DNA from: Alphaproteobacteria bacterium
GTDB lineage: Bacteria; Pseudomonadota; Alphaproteobacteria; RF32; CAG-239
NCBI GenBank assembly: GCA_016288295.1
Contig: JAEEYV010000061.1
Location: 1 to 55,949 of the forward strand
Length of the DNA stretch: 55,949 bases
Direction of reading: 5' to 3'
The notes beneath the pieces were generated by a model that was given only the letters and a program-made list of their open reading frames with translations, made no database searches and was not told where the DNA came from. A program made the translations under genes and the position numbers. Below are positions 55,566 through 55,949 of the stretch, piece by piece; position 1 is the stretch's first letter, and every line of letters starts with the position of its first letter.

Positions 55566-55949
55566 TGGCTACAAAATTAAATATACCGAACAAGAACTTG
55601 CCGATATGATGGATAACAAAACCATCAATATTGACTTAGCCGGACCTGATCTTCCGTCATACCAAGAGCTTTCTGAAGGTAACCGCAAGGCTATTGAGCA
55701 CTTGCTTATTGCAGCCAAGATAATGAACAATGTTGCTTTGGAGCAAGACAATCCCCACAATCTCGAAATGAAAAAGGCTTTGGAAAAAGAGGCTGCTCAC
55801 AGTAATCGTGCTGCCAGAGCCCTTGAATTGTTTAATTCCTTAAACGGTGTCGCCGGTTTTAACGGTGTTGACAAACAACCGATAGAAATCTTTGAAGGGC
55901 TTCCGTTACTCAAAGGGCACAATTTTTATCCGCAGGATCTTACCGAACA
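55555..55949 (+). CDS. Partial CDS (runs off the right edge), possibly a peptidase M49 (DPP3)-like protein
   Basis: My translation from ATG 55555: MQINGYKIKYTEQELADMM...LSEGNRKAIEHLLIAAKIMNNVALEQ...KGHNFYPQDLTE. The G.NFYP.D.T segment resembles bacterial DPP3-family N-termini. Overlaps the upstream stop by 11 nt. Confidence 0.4.
   Translation, partial: MQINGYKIKYTEQELADMMDNKTINIDLAGPDLPSYQELSEGNRKAIEHLLIAAKIMNNVALEQDNPHNLEMKKALEKEAAHSNRAARALELFNSLNGVAGFNGVDKQPIEIFEGLPLLKGHNFYPQDLTE

Overview
The window looks like a chromosomal segment, possibly a whole contig, from a low-G+C Gram-negative bacterium. LpxC, BamD, AsmA, an ATP12-type chaperone, an alpha-type FtsL and a type-A RNase P RNA suggest an Alphaproteobacteria-like host, but this is inference and no search was run. 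Most of 5.8-33.1 kb and 49.5-55.9 kb is ordinary housekeeping: apaG, recX, rarA, rluC, asmA, acyP, ddl, miaA, mreB, a truncated dcw block (mraZ-rsmH-ftsL-ftsI), rnpB, lpxC-bamD-recN-gltX-mutT, tRNA-Gln, glyQS and serS. Three parts look accessory. (1) 1-5.6 kb holds four minus-strand lipoprotein or outer-membrane-like genes. They have visibly higher G+C, no Shine-Dalgarno sequences, a Bacteroidota-style TAnnTTTG motif and paralogous 5' modules. This is either horizontal transfer or an assembly chimera. (2) 33.1-45.4 kb is a mosaic of orphan genes. It includes a Ppx/GppA-like ATPase fusion, a PcfJ-like domain fused to leucine-rich repeats, small higher-G+C genes with their own hairpin terminators, and a kinase / DMT transporter / histidine-phosphatase cassette bracketed by two identical 41-bp terminators. 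(3) 45.4-49.5 kb is a roughly 4-kb islet next to tRNA-Gln, bounded by imperfect direct repeats that include the tRNA 3' end. It carries a two-subunit BcgI-like (Type IIB-style) restriction-modification pair and a tightly coupled 252-aa gene of unknown function. This islet is my best candidate for something undescribed. Two regulatory structures also stand out. One is a consensus sigma70 promoter enclosed by a perfect 15-bp inverted repeat upstream of an orphan 485-aa gene, a possible invertible switch. The other is three TGGGA direct repeats at 10-bp phasing upstream of mraZ, resembling an MraZ operator. No CRISPR array, transposase, integrase or rRNA was seen. All family assignments come from motifs read by eye. 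G+C differences were judged by eye and not computed.
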